Assembly: GCA_040260805.1 (NCBI GenBank)
Contig: JBDQPD010000027.1
Coordinates: 1-36,561 of the forward strand
DNA: 36,561 nucleotides
DNA from: Myxococcota bacterium
Lineage (GTDB): Bacteria > Myxococcota > UBA4151
Direction of reading: 5' to 3'
Shown: piece by piece, positions 26,270 through 35,452 of the stretch
Layout of the letters: each line of letters starts with the position of its first letter
Position numbering within the stretch: position 1 is the first letter of the stretch
Program-made: the position numbers and the translations under genes
Notes under the pieces: generated by a model
Told to the model about the DNA's origin: nothing
Database searches by the model: none
The model's input: the letters and a program-made list of their open reading frames with translations, nothing else

Positions 26270-26634
26270 GGCTTCTTCTCGATGGAAGTGCGTGCGGCAA
26301 AGGTGAAGCCCGCAGCTCCTCGTTCGAGGGCAATTAAAGCGTGCACCGTTTCGGTGGGTAGATTGGGTGCATACAGATGGGGAAAAGCGCTGCCTCGGCT
26401 CGGCACCTCCTCCCACCGGATCAAGCCGGCGACCGACTCCGCGCTGATTTCGAGCGCGAGGAGTGGCTGACTCGAATCGAAATAGCGATTCGCAGTCTCG
26501 AGGCATTGGTCCTCGGTCGAGAGGTGGATGAAGCCGTCGTGATGATCGATGTCGTGAAGCGGGATGTGACCGGACAGGCACGCCAACTTCCAATTATCTT
26601 GGGTGATGAGGCGATACAGGTTGGGTTCACTCAT
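26266..26634 (-). CDS. DUF952 family protein
   Basis: LYRL, DGFIHLST, TANRYF, IRWE, FPHLY. Confidence 0.92.
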   Translation of the reverse strand: MSEPNLYRLITQDNWKLACLSGHIPLHDIDHHDGFIHLSTEDQCLETANRYFDSSQPLLALEISAESVAGLIRWEEVPSRGSAFPHLYAPNLPTETVHALIALERGAAGFTFAARTSIEKKP

Positions 26635-26791
26635 CGGTATTGTACGTCCCAGCCTTGGTGTAACGTTAAGACATCACGTGACCTCTCTAGAGGCAAGGCT
26701 TCCAGCGTCTTTGAACTTTAGCGCGCAAGATCGTAGCAGGTCGTTGGCGCTTGTCTGATCAGCGCCTTTAGCTGCTCTTAAGGAGTCGATA

Positions 26792-27331
26792 ATGCCCACT
26801 ACAATTCTTGGTCTGTCAGGCAGTTTACGGCAAGCCTCGACGAATACTGCGTTGCTTCGTTCCTTCGGGGACGCGCTGGCGGACGATGTCAATTTTGAGC
26901 TCTATGATTACCGCGAGGTCCCCCTCTTTAACTCGGACCAGGACGCGCCTGAGTCAGTCCTTGGGCTTAAAGAGGCAATCACCCGGGCGAGCGCTGTGGT
27001 GATCGCAACGCCTGAATACAATCATTCGATCCCCGGTGTGCTCAAAAACGCAATCGATTGGGCGAGCCGGCCGGCCTTTAAGTCACCCTTTGCGGGTAAA
27101 CCTGTGGGGGTGCTGTCGGCGGCGGCAAGCTTTGTCGGCGGCGCACGCGCTCAGATGCACCTTAAGACCATTTTGATGGGTATGAATGCGAGCGTCTATT
27201 CCGGCCCTGAGCTGTTGGTTGGTCAGTCGATGAACTGTGTGGAGCGCGGCCGAATTCGTGATCCGGACAGCCTGCGGCGGATCCAGCGTCACGCCGACGC
27301 CTTTACCGCTTGGGCTTTGAAGCGCTCCTAG
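26792..27331 (+). CDS. NAD(P)H-dependent FMN reductase (flavodoxin-like, ChrR-type)
   Basis: GSLRQASTN, ATPEYNHSIPGVLKNAIDWASRP, GGARAQ. AAGGAG RBS. Confidence 0.95.
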   Translation: MPTTILGLSGSLRQASTNTALLRSFGDALADDVNFELYDYREVPLFNSDQDAPESVLGLKEAITRASAVVIATPEYNHSIPGVLKNAIDWASRPAFKSPFAGKPVGVLSAAASFVGGARAQMHLKTILMGMNASVYSGPELLVGQSMNCVERGRIRDPDSLRRIQRHADAFTAWALKRS

Positions 27332-27347
27332 CGACTCGGCTGGCGAG

Positions 27348-28376
27348 CTAGAGCGTGGGCGCCAGCGTTCCCATCTTGCCCGCTTGATAATCCTGGATCG
27401 CTTGAACGATCTCTTGTCGGCTGTTCATCACAAAGGGGCCATGCGCGACCACCGGCTCGTTGAGCGGTTGGCCGTTGAGGACCAAGACGCGGGTGCCAGC
27501 CTCTGCTTTGAGTTGAACGCGTCCGTGCTCGTCGCGGTCCATGATCATCAGGTCGCCCGCACGAAGGGTGCGCGCCTCCTGAGCGACCGCTTCACCGCTC
27601 AGCACAAAGATCAAGGTTGTGGTCCCGAGTGGCAGCTCAAAGTCGGCGGTCGTGCTGTCGCTGCAGTCCATGTCGAACATCGTGATCGGCGTGTGCGTGA
27701 GCGCCGGACCCTTTTTGCCGCCTAGCGAGCCTGCGATCAAACGAGCCGTGGCGCCGCCTAAGCGGATCTGCGGGAACGATGCGCCCTTGAGCGCTTGATA
27801 ACGAGGCGCAGACAGCTTGAGACTTCCGGGTAGATTGACCCAGAGCTGAACCATCTCAAACCATCCGCCACGCCTGCTAAATTCCTCGGAGTGAAACTCT
27901 TCATGAACAACGCCTGAAGCCGCAGTCATCCATTGGACATCACCGGCCTGGATCGTCCCCCCGCCGCCGTAAGAGTCTCTGTGATCGACCTCGCCCTGAT
28001 AGGCAAAGGTCACCGTCTCAAAGCCTCTATGCGGGTGTTCCCCAACGCCACGTCGTTCGGTGGTTGGCGGAAAATGCCGAGGGGCTCCGTAATCCATCAA
28101 GATGAAGGGACTGAGCATTTGAGGGTTCAAGCGATGCGGCGAGAACACCGTGCTGACGTAAAATCCATCGCCGACCCAGTGGCGCTCGCGCACCGTGATC
28201 ACTTGATGAATCGCTTGAAAGCGACGCTCGGAGGACTCGTTGTTCATGGCGCCTCCTTTGTTTTCGGGACTCAAGGATCTGGGGCGAACGCACGATAAGG
28301 CAAACCCGAGCGAAGCTAAAGCCAGGCGCTGAAGCATGGAACGTCTAGACTGCAGCGTCACGGGTTGCTTGGACAT
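27348..28376 (-). CDS. Pirin family (bicupin) protein; start at 28376 (Tat-lipoprotein-like leader) or 28247 (strong RBS)
   Basis: SPFILMDY, GVGEHPHRGFETVT, VQWMTAASGVVHEE, QLWVNLP, EPVVAHGPFVMN. Confidence 0.95.
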   Translation of the reverse strand: MSKQPVTLQSRRSMLQRLALASLGFALSCVRPRSLSPENKGGAMNNESSERRFQAIHQVITVRERHWVGDGFYVSTVFSPHRLNPQMLSPFILMDYGAPRHFPPTTERRGVGEHPHRGFETVTFAYQGEVDHRDSYGGGGTIQAGDVQWMTAASGVVHEEFHSEEFSRRGGWFEMVQLWVNLPGSLKLSAPRYQALKGASFPQIRLGGATARLIAGSLGGKKGPALTHTPITMFDMDCSDSTTADFELPLGTTTLIFVLSGEAVAQEARTLRAGDLMIMDRDEHGRVQLKAEAGTRVLVLNGQPLNEPVVAHGPFVMNSRQEIVQAIQDYQAGKMGTLAPTL

Positions 28377-28394
28377 GTTGGCGAGTCTTCCGAT

Positions 28395-29252
28395 CTAAAA
28401 GTCGTAGCCGAAGCCTAGCGTGACGCTCATGGTGTGCAGCCAGTTGGCGGTGAATCCGTCGTCATCGAAGCCATTGGCCTGATTTTGCTCTAGGTTGTCG
28501 TCGCTAATCCCTTCGGCGCCTCCACCCAAATAGCGAAGGTTCAAGTAGGCGATCGCTTCAGGGGCGATGTGGCGCCCGATTCGATAGCTCGCGTCCAGGA
28601 TCGCACCGACCACGTCATTGTCGTCACCGTTCAAGTAGCTCACTGGGGCGTAGAACCCGTCGAGTTCGATTCCTTGAAAGCCGTTGTTCATCTCGTGGTT
28701 CCAACGAGCCTTGATGATCGGAACAGGACCGATGTCGCGATTCGACGACAGCAGGGTGCCGTCTTCTGATGAGAACTCGATCGTGGCGTTGCGCAGCTGC
28801 AGCGACAAGCCAAACGACACCTGATGTTTTGGCGTATTGACGGTGTGATAAAGGTAGCTGCCACGCCAAAACCCGAAGTCGTACACGACCCGCATGGGCG
28901 TGCCGCCCGGGAACGAGACGTCCTCAAAGCGAGTGGGGCTTCCGTCCGGACGCACAGGCACGCGGACGAAACTTTCGAGCAGCAGTGGCTGGGCTAGAAA
29001 CACCAACTCATGGCGATCGGAGAGCGGCACCTCGACGCTGAGGCGGAGGAAATCGAACAGATTATCCTGCCCGCCTTCTTTGATGTAGTCGAAGGCTGTA
29101 CCTTCTTTTCCAAACTGGATCTTATGATCCAAGATGGCGGCAAAGCCGAGCTCTGCTCTAAGCTTGATCGGGCTGTCGGTCGAGGTGGTCTTCTTCGCCT
29201 GAGCGCTCGGCGCAAAGATCAAGGAGAGCGCTAAAATAGCCAATCGGTTCAT
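28395..29252 (-). CDS. Exported outer-membrane beta-barrel protein of unknown function
   Basis: Signal peptide ending AQA, amphipathic strands, C-terminal VTLGFGYDF (terminal Phe). AGGA RBS. Confidence 0.78.
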   Translation of the reverse strand: MNRLAILALSLIFAPSAQAKKTTSTDSPIKLRAELGFAAILDHKIQFGKEGTAFDYIKEGGQDNLFDFLRLSVEVPLSDRHELVFLAQPLLLESFVRVPVRPDGSPTRFEDVSFPGGTPMRVVYDFGFWRGSYLYHTVNTPKHQVSFGLSLQLRNATIEFSSEDGTLLSSNRDIGPVPIIKARWNHEMNNGFQGIELDGFYAPVSYLNGDDNDVVGAILDASYRIGRHIAPEAIAYLNLRYLGGGAEGISDDNLEQNQANGFDDDGFTANWLHTMSVTLGFGYDF

Positions 29253-29288
29253 GGTGTATTCCTAAGTCGTAACGTGGCCGTTTTGGTC

Positions 29289-29305
29289 GATAATTTATCA
29301 TTATG
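29289..29305. promoter_or_regulatory. AT-rich Fur-box-like element
   Basis: GATAATTTATCATTATG, built from GATAAT-like hexamers, about 37 nt upstream of the beta-barrel gene. Spacing is not the canonical 7-1-7. Confidence 0.3.
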
Positions 29306-29513
29306 CAAGGCGAATAGCACTCAGTTGGTCGTTTTGGTCGGAATTAAGCGGTTCATCCTGACGAGAACCGATACAAGGGAGCCTTCGCATTCTAGCCAAG
29401 CGGTCACGCTTTGATCCCGATCCTCAGCGACACCCACCGCCATTTTAAACTTGTCTTAAATCGTTTTCGGATCAAGTGCGTGCACCTGAAAAGAACCTGC
29501 TCAAGGGGTAGCG

Positions 29514-30500
29514 ATGAAGCTGGCAACCAGGAAGAATCAGACGCGCGACGGGGAACTCTTAGTCGTATCAAAAGACAACCAAACCGCAGTGGTCGCAGGT
29601 GCTGTTGCGCCGACCCTGCAAAGCGTCATGGACGATTGGGCGGCTAAGGCGCCGCAGCTTGAGGCGATGTACGCCGCCTTGAACGCCGGCGAGCAAGCCG
29701 GCGCCTTTGCGGTCAATGCCGACGAGTTGCACAGCCCCTTACCCCGGGCCTACGCCTGGATTGATGGTAGCGCCTACATCAACCACATCGTCTTGGTCCG
29801 CAAAGCCCGCGGCGCCGAGCCGCCCGCTACGTTGCGCACGGATCCATTGGTTTACCAAGGTGGCAGCGACACCTTCTTGGCCCCGCGCGAGGACATCCCT
29901 TTGGCGGATACAGCCTGGGGCTGTGACTTTGAGTCAGAGGTTGTGGTGGTGCTCGATGACACCCCGCAGGGCGTCAAGGCTGAGGACGTCGGTCAGTACG
30001 TTCGGCTGGTGATGCTCTGCAACGACGTCTCGTTGCGCAATCTCATCCCCGGCGAGCTCGCCAAAGGCTTTGGCTTCTTTACCTCGAAGCCTTCGTCGGC
30101 ATTTAGCCCCTTTGCGATCACCCCCGATGAGCTGGGCGATGCCTGGCAAAATGGTCGGCTGCACCTGCCCTTGATCACCCACCTTAATGACGAGAAGTAT
30201 GGCGACCCCGATGCTGGGCCAGAGATGCACTTTAGCTTCTTTGAGATCGTCGCTCATGTCGCCAAGACGCGTTCGCTGAGCGCCGGCACCATCGTCGGCA
30301 GCGGAACGATCAGCAACGTCGATCGGAGCCGCGGCTCGTCGTGTTTGGCTGAGAAGCGCATGATCGAAAAAATCGACACCGGTGAGTTCACGACCCCGTT
30401 CATGAACTACGGCGACAAAGTCGCGATCGAAATGTTCAACGCTGAGGGCGCCAGCCTGTTTGGTCGCATAGAGCAAACCGTCTCGAAAAAAGAGCTGTAA
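29514..30500 (+). CDS. fahA: Fumarylacetoacetate hydrolase family protein
   Basis: MKLATRKNQTRDGELLVVS, PLPRAYAWIDGSAY, YQGGSD, DFESE, NDVSLRNL, GSGTISN. Directly upstream of maiA. Confidence 0.92.
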   Translation: MKLATRKNQTRDGELLVVSKDNQTAVVAGAVAPTLQSVMDDWAAKAPQLEAMYAALNAGEQAGAFAVNADELHSPLPRAYAWIDGSAYINHIVLVRKARGAEPPATLRTDPLVYQGGSDTFLAPREDIPLADTAWGCDFESEVVVVLDDTPQGVKAEDVGQYVRLVMLCNDVSLRNLIPGELAKGFGFFTSKPSSAFSPFAITPDELGDAWQNGRLHLPLITHLNDEKYGDPDAGPEMHFSFFEIVAHVAKTRSLSAGTIVGSGTISNVDRSRGSSCLAEKRMIEKIDTGEFTTPFMNYGDKVAIEMFNAEGASLFGRIEQTVSKKEL

Positions 30501-30510
30501 GCGGGACCCC

Positions 30511-31161
30511 ATGACGCTGCTGCTTAGAAGCTATTGGCGATCCTCGTGCTCTTGGCGAGTCCGCATCGCTTTGAACATGAAGGGGCTCGCCTTTGAGACG
30601 CTGCCCGTTCATTTGGTCAAGGATGGCGGCGAGCAGCATGGTGATGAGCATCGTCAGCACAATCCGATGCGTGAGCTCCCGGTCCTGGTGGTGGATGGTC
30701 AGCCGATCGCTCAGAGCGTCGCCATTCTTGAGTACCTAGAAGAGACGCATCCGAGCCCAAGCTTGCTCCCGGCCGCAGCCCTTGACCGGGCGAGGGTTCG
30801 GCAGATGGCTGAGATCATCAACAGTGGGATTCAGCCGATCCAGAACCTGCGCGTGATGCAACGTCTAGGGCGGGAATTTGATACGCCGAAGCCTCAGCAG
30901 GTGGCTTGGTCTAAGGGCTGGATCGAATTTGGGTTCGACGCCTTGTACGGTTTGATCGAACAGCACAGCGGCCTCTACGCCTTTGGCGATTCGGTGACCA
31001 TGGTTGACCTGTTTCTAATCCCGCAGCTTTACAACGCACGGCGGTTTGCGGTTGATCTGGAAAAGTACCCGCTCTTCCTCGAGATCGAGCAGCGCTTGAG
31101 TCAGCTTCCTGCCTTCGTTGATGCGCATCCCGACCAACAGCCGGATGCGGTCTCACCTTAG
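30511..31161 (+). CDS. maiA: Maleylacetoacetate isomerase (GST zeta)
   Basis: SYWRSSCSWRVRIAL, QSVAILEYLEE, SGIQPIQNL, PQLYNARRF, AHPDQQPD. Confidence 0.96.
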   Translation: MTLLLRSYWRSSCSWRVRIALNMKGLAFETLPVHLVKDGGEQHGDEHRQHNPMRELPVLVVDGQPIAQSVAILEYLEETHPSPSLLPAAALDRARVRQMAEIINSGIQPIQNLRVMQRLGREFDTPKPQQVAWSKGWIEFGFDALYGLIEQHSGLYAFGDSVTMVDLFLIPQLYNARRFAVDLEKYPLFLEIEQRLSQLPAFVDAHPDQQPDAVSP

Positions 31162-31623
31162 GTCAGGGATGACCTCCATGAGGGCGCCCAGGTCCGTACT
31201 CAGCCGAGCTTGATGCTCGGGCGATAACCGCTCGGTCGCCCATTGGGTCACCTCTTGAACGGTAGGGATCAGCTCGTCGTATACTGTGGCGCCGGCATCG
31301 GTGAGGTGAAGGTGACTGAGCCGACCATCGGATTGTGACGCCTCACGCCGAACAAAACCCATCTCGAGCAGGCCCTTCGTGGCGCGACTGACGATCCCTT
31401 TGTCCATAGGGGTAATGGTCACCACCTCAGCTGAGGTCCGTCCGGGGACTTCAGCGATGGCGGCAAGGACTCGCCACTGGGATAAATTCAGTCCGCGCTC
31501 TTTCACGAGCCGCCCTGTTCGCCGGGCGATTCGATCGGCGAGGACCGTGACGAGGTAGGGCCAGTACTGATCTAAAGGCAGTACAGCTGGGTGTTTGGTG
31601 TTCTTTTCGTCCATTGAACCCAC
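31153..31623 (-). CDS. MarR family transcriptional regulator
   Basis: LNLSQWRVLAAI, MDKGIVSRA, DGR..LHLT..G. Divergent from hppD. Start could be ATG 31614. Confidence 0.94.
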   Translation of the reverse strand: MGSMDEKNTKHPAVLPLDQYWPYLVTVLADRIARRTGRLVKERGLNLSQWRVLAAIAEVPGRTSAEVVTITPMDKGIVSRATKGLLEMGFVRREASQSDGRLSHLHLTDAGATVYDELIPTVQEVTQWATERLSPEHQARLSTDLGALMEVIPDLR

Positions 31624-31659
31624 TTAGTTGCAATCACAACTTGACTTGATGACAACTAA
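31624..31659. promoter_or_regulatory. Inverted repeat, candidate MarR operator between marR and hppD
   Basis: TTAGTTGCAATCA-N10-TGATGACAACTAA (11 of 13 positions complementary), nested AGTTG-N6-CAACT, a TTGACT hexamer in the spacer, and another CAACTAA at 31685-31691. Confidence 0.65.
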
Positions 31660-31700
31660 AGGTAAATGAAACCCACAAGCATCGCAACTAAGGAATCATC

Positions 31701-32783
31701 ATGGCTGACTTGTTTGAAAATCCGATGGGTCTAAACGGGTTTGAGTTCGTTGAGTTCACCGCGCCCGAGCGGGGCATCTTGGAGCCAGTCTTCGAAAGCA
31801 TCGGCATGACCCGAGTGGCCCGTCACCGGTCCAAAGACGTCGACCTCTGGCGTCAAGGTGGTATCAACATCCTTGCGAACTACGAGCCGAGCAGTCTGGC
31901 GTCATATTATGCTGCCGAGCACGGACCTTCTGCTTGCGCCATGGGGTTTCGAGTCAAAGACGCCAAAGCGGCGTATGCGCAAGCGCTCGAAAAGGGCGCA
32001 GAGCCTGTTGAGATTCCTTGCGGGTTCAGCGAGCTTCGACTGCCTGCGATCAAAGGTATCGGTGGGGCGACGGTCTATTTGATCGATCGTTACGAAGAGG
32101 GACAATCGATTTATGATGTCGATTTCGAGTTCCTCGAAGGGGTCGATCGTAAGCCTGAAGGCTGCGGGTTCCAAGTCATCGATCATCTGACGCACAACGT
32201 CTATAAAGGGCGGATGGACTATTGGGCTGAGTACTACGAGCGGCTGTTCAACTTCCGAGAGATTCGCTTCTTCGACATCAAGGGTGAGTACACAGGACTC
32301 ATCTCTCGTGCATTGAGTGCACCGGACGGCTTGATTCGGATTCCGCTCAATGAAGAGAAATCCGAACGCGTCGGACAGATTGAGGAGTACCTTCGTGAGT
32401 ACAAAGGCGAGGGCATTCAGCACATCGCCTTCTCCTGCAACGATCTGATCGCCTGTTGGGATCGACTCAAGTCGATCGGTGTCTCGTTCATGAGCCCGCC
32501 GCCAGATAGCTACTACGATATGCTCGATGAGCGTTTACCAGGGCATGGTGAGCCGGCTGATGAGCTGCGCCGTCGCGGTATTTTACTGGATGGCTCCACC
32601 GAGGGCGGACAACCTCGACTCTTGCTTCAGATCTTCTCAGAAAAGGCGATCGGTCCGATCTTCTTTGAGTTTATTCAGCGCAAAGAAGATGAGGGCTTTG
32701 GAGAGGGCAATTTTGAGGCGCTCTTCAAGTCGATCGAACGAGACCAGATGAGCCGTGGCGCCCTCTCCGATGACGCCAGCTAG
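31701..32783 (+). CDS. hppD: 4-hydroxyphenylpyruvate dioxygenase
   Basis: [65 protein letters not shown]. Confidence 0.98.
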   Translation: MADLFENPMGLNGFEFVEFTAPERGILEPVFESIGMTRVARHRSKDVDLWRQGGINILANYEPSSLASYYAAEHGPSACAMGFRVKDAKAAYAQALEKGAEPVEIPCGFSELRLPAIKGIGGATVYLIDRYEEGQSIYDVDFEFLEGVDRKPEGCGFQVIDHLTHNVYKGRMDYWAEYYERLFNFREIRFFDIKGEYTGLISRALSAPDGLIRIPLNEEKSERVGQIEEYLREYKGEGIQHIAFSCNDLIACWDRLKSIGVSFMSPPPDSYYDMLDERLPGHGEPADELRRRGILLDGSTEGGQPRLLLQIFSEKAIGPIFFEFIQRKEDEGFGEGNFEALFKSIERDQMSRGALSDDAS

Positions 32784-32792
32784 GAGAAGATC

Positions 32793-33341
32793 ATGACGGT
32801 TGAACTCAAAAGAATTCATCACGTGGCGTACCGCTGCATGGACGCCAAAAAGACGGTCGACTTCTATCAGCGCGTGCTCAACATGGGCTTTGTGCTGGCT
32901 ATTGCCGAGAATGAGGTCCCTTCGACCAAGGCGCCTGACCCCTATATGCATGTCTTCCTCGACGCTGGGATGGGCAATGTTTTAGCCTTCTTTGAGCTGC
33001 CGAACTCACCGGTGATGGGCCGCGACGAGCAGACGCCTTTATGGGTTCAGCACATCGCCTTTGAGGTCGAGGGCATGGACGCCTTGAACCGCGCTAAAGC
33101 TCATATCGAGGCTGAGGGGCTTGAGGTCTTAGGACCGGTTAATCACGGCATCTTCAAGTCGATTTATTTCTTTGATCCAAACGGGCACCGCATCGAACTC
33201 GCCGCCAACGTGGGGACGCCCGAGCAGATGCAGCAGCTGCATGAGGTCGCCCCTGCGATGCTTCAAGAGTGGAGCGTCACCAAGCGCGCCCCCAAGCACG
33301 CCGCCTGGCTGCACGAAGCCATCGAGAACAGCGCCGACTAG
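32793..33341 (+). CDS. VOC (glyoxalase/extradiol dioxygenase fold) protein, candidate homogentisate ring-cleavage enzyme
   Basis: IHHVAYRC, YMHVF, LAFFE, QHIAFEV, SIYFFDPNGHRIEL. AGGAG RBS, 9 nt after hppD. Confidence 0.9.
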   Translation: MTVELKRIHHVAYRCMDAKKTVDFYQRVLNMGFVLAIAENEVPSTKAPDPYMHVFLDAGMGNVLAFFELPNSPVMGRDEQTPLWVQHIAFEVEGMDALNRAKAHIEAEGLEVLGPVNHGIFKSIYFFDPNGHRIELAANVGTPEQMQQLHEVAPAMLQEWSVTKRAPKHAAWLHEAIENSAD

Positions 33342-33350
33342 GCTGGGGGT

Positions 33351-33370
33351 TCGAGCCGTCCATGGCTCGA
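33351..33370. terminator. Hairpin between convergent VOC and esterase genes
   Basis: TCGAGCC-GTCCAT-GGCTCGA. No U-tract, so terminator function is uncertain. Confidence 0.35.
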
Positions 33371-33392
33371 GCAGCGATAGCTCATGGGCTGT

Positions 33393-34247
33393 TCAGCTCT
33401 TTGAAAAGCCGCTCAGGAAGCTCCAGATCAAGCGATGAGTTTGGATGCCGTTGATTTTTTCGGGCCACTCGTGACCCACGTCAGTCAAGCGGTGGTGTTC
33501 AACCCGAACGCCGCCATCGCAGGCTTCATGGACTGTGTGTTGTGACGAGCTCGAAGCAGGCTGGCGTTGTTCCTGGCAGCTGTACGAGTCGCTCCAAAAA
33601 TCGATCAGGCTGGGGATGGCGAGCATCGGCCCGACGGACGCCCAACTTTTCCAGTCCCATGACTCTGCGTAAGGGATGATCGTATCGTTAACCCCATGCA
33701 AGTGCATGAGCGCAACGGGCGTATCAGCAGGGCAATCATGGGTCGTCACAGGCATCGTTCCCGCATGCGAAGCGATCGCCGCAAAGCGTGAGCCGAGATG
33801 ACAGGCGAGCTCGTAAACAAACATCGAGCCCAATGAGTAGCCGGTCGCGTAGACACGGCTCGGGTCGATCATATGGTCCGCTGACACTCGGTCGATCAGC
33901 GCTTCGATGAAGTCTAAGTCTTGGCGCGATTGGGGTTGGGTGTTGAGCTGCCACTCGCCCTCGTTGCCATCTTGTAGGTTGGACTGTGGGTAGACCACGA
34001 CCAAGCCTTCTTGGTCAGCGAGCTCGGCAAACAAGGACATCTCAGGAAAGCTGCCGCGCCCGCCCCCGCCATGGACCGCCACAAGCAGCGGCATCGCTCC
34101 GTTTGGCGGGTTGGTCGGGACCACGATACCGTACTCTCGAGTGAAGCCGTTAACGTCCATCGAGCTCAAAGCGAGTTGGTCATTTGAGCCACAGGCTAAG
34201 CATCCAAGAGCCAGCGCCGGCAACAAGACTTTGCTGCTTGTGTTCAT
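33393..34247 (-). CDS. Alpha/beta-hydrolase esterase lipoprotein (LpqC/PHB depolymerase-like)
   Basis: CLAC lipobox, LLVAVHG, IDPSRVYATGYSLG, HLHGVNDTIIPY, VGHEWP. AAGGAG RBS. Confidence 0.9.
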   Translation of the reverse strand: MNTSSKVLLPALALGCLACGSNDQLALSSMDVNGFTREYGIVVPTNPPNGAMPLLVAVHGGGGRGSFPEMSLFAELADQEGLVVVYPQSNLQDGNEGEWQLNTQPQSRQDLDFIEALIDRVSADHMIDPSRVYATGYSLGSMFVYELACHLGSRFAAIASHAGTMPVTTHDCPADTPVALMHLHGVNDTIIPYAESWDWKSWASVGPMLAIPSLIDFWSDSYSCQEQRQPASSSSQHTVHEACDGGVRVEHHRLTDVGHEWPEKINGIQTHRLIWSFLSGFSKS

Positions 34248-34465
34248 GATGAGTCTCCTTAGGCGGCTTTATCTGCCGCTGGGTCCGACGTGTAAGCACT
34301 GCGGTTCTTCAAGTTGGTCTGATGCCCGAGACATCATTCATTGCGTAAACACTCCCTCAGAATCGATCGCTACACAAACTCGAACCGCCGATTTTAAGCC
34401 TGACTCTTTGCAGTTTTAACGAGAAGGATGTGAGCATTACGCAACGTTAAATGAGGGGTGCTGGC

Positions 34466-35446
34466 ATGAGTTTGATCAAAAATTCGATGGTCGTTTTGTG
34501 CTTGGCGGCGGCGGGCGCTTGTGGGGACGAAGAGGACCCCAACGCGATCGATATCACCAATACGTTTTTGACCAAGTCGGATCCGACCTGCGTGGGCCAC
34601 GTGGGCAGTTACAAGTCGTCGGTCCGTGATGTCGCACGTGATGTGACCTTCGCAGGTCGAGTATCGATCACGAGCGAAGGGAGCGCTTGCACCATCTCGT
34701 CAAACTCGATCCCGAACCATGATTTCAATGATGGCGCGAGGCCCTTTGTCAACGAATCTAGTGATGTGGACGTTTCGTTTTCCATACCGGCTACACCCTC
34801 GCAGGCTGGCTCAGTCACCTGGCTAACTCTTCGATATGACGACGCGATTTTCATCAACGGCATCAAGCTCGATCTCTTAGCAGCTGCTTGTTATGGCGTG
34901 GGGAACGCGGCAGCAGGGCAAGAAAAGATCGGTTGCATGGATGTTGGTCAGCCGTTTCGCTACGATCCGATGTCGCCGCTCAACACGTTTGGCACGGACA
35001 CCCACAACGCGCACACTCAGCCTGGGGGCGAATATCATTACCACGGTGACCCACGTGCTATGCACGATGAGAGCAACAGCTCGAGTCCGTCTCCCGTGGT
35101 TGGCTTTGCTGCGGATGGATTTCCGATTTTTGGCCCCTTTTTCACGGACCCACAAAGCGGTGATGTGCGCAGGGCGACTTCTAGTTATCGCCTCAAGGCG
35201 GGCGTCCGGGCGTCGCAGTCATTTAGCGGGTCGACCTATGACCCAAGCGGTTCGGGGGGTGCGTTTCAAGGTGAAGAGTACAACGGGCGCTTTACCGATG
35301 ACTACGAGTACAACGCCGGATCTGGCGATCTCGACGAGTGCAATGGCATGACGGTCGATGGTCAATACGGCTACTATATCACCAGCAGTTTTCCGTGGGT
35401 GCTCAAATGCTTCAAGGGCACGCCGGACGAGTCGTTTCGTAAGTGA
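34466..35446 (+). CDS. YHYH-domain lipoprotein
   Basis: AGAC lipobox, SNSIPNH, NAHTQP..EYHYHG, VGFAADGFPIFG, DLDECNG, YGYYIT..FP...CFKG. The track start at 34451 is also possible. Confidence 0.9.
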   Translation: MSLIKNSMVVLCLAAAGACGDEEDPNAIDITNTFLTKSDPTCVGHVGSYKSSVRDVARDVTFAGRVSITSEGSACTISSNSIPNHDFNDGARPFVNESSDVDVSFSIPATPSQAGSVTWLTLRYDDAIFINGIKLDLLAAACYGVGNAAAGQEKIGCMDVGQPFRYDPMSPLNTFGTDTHNAHTQPGGEYHYHGDPRAMHDESNSSSPSPVVGFAADGFPIFGPFFTDPQSGDVRRATSSYRLKAGVRASQSFSGSTYDPSGSGGAFQGEEYNGRFTDDYEYNAGSGDLDECNGMTVDGQYGYYITSSFPWVLKCFKGTPDESFRK

Positions 35447-35452
35447 TAAGGG

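Noticed and set aside
26270..26593. N-terminal extension of ORF 25685..26593
   Set aside because: It overlaps the DUF952 gene in another frame. ATG 26269 gives a lipoprotein signal and ATGA coupling.
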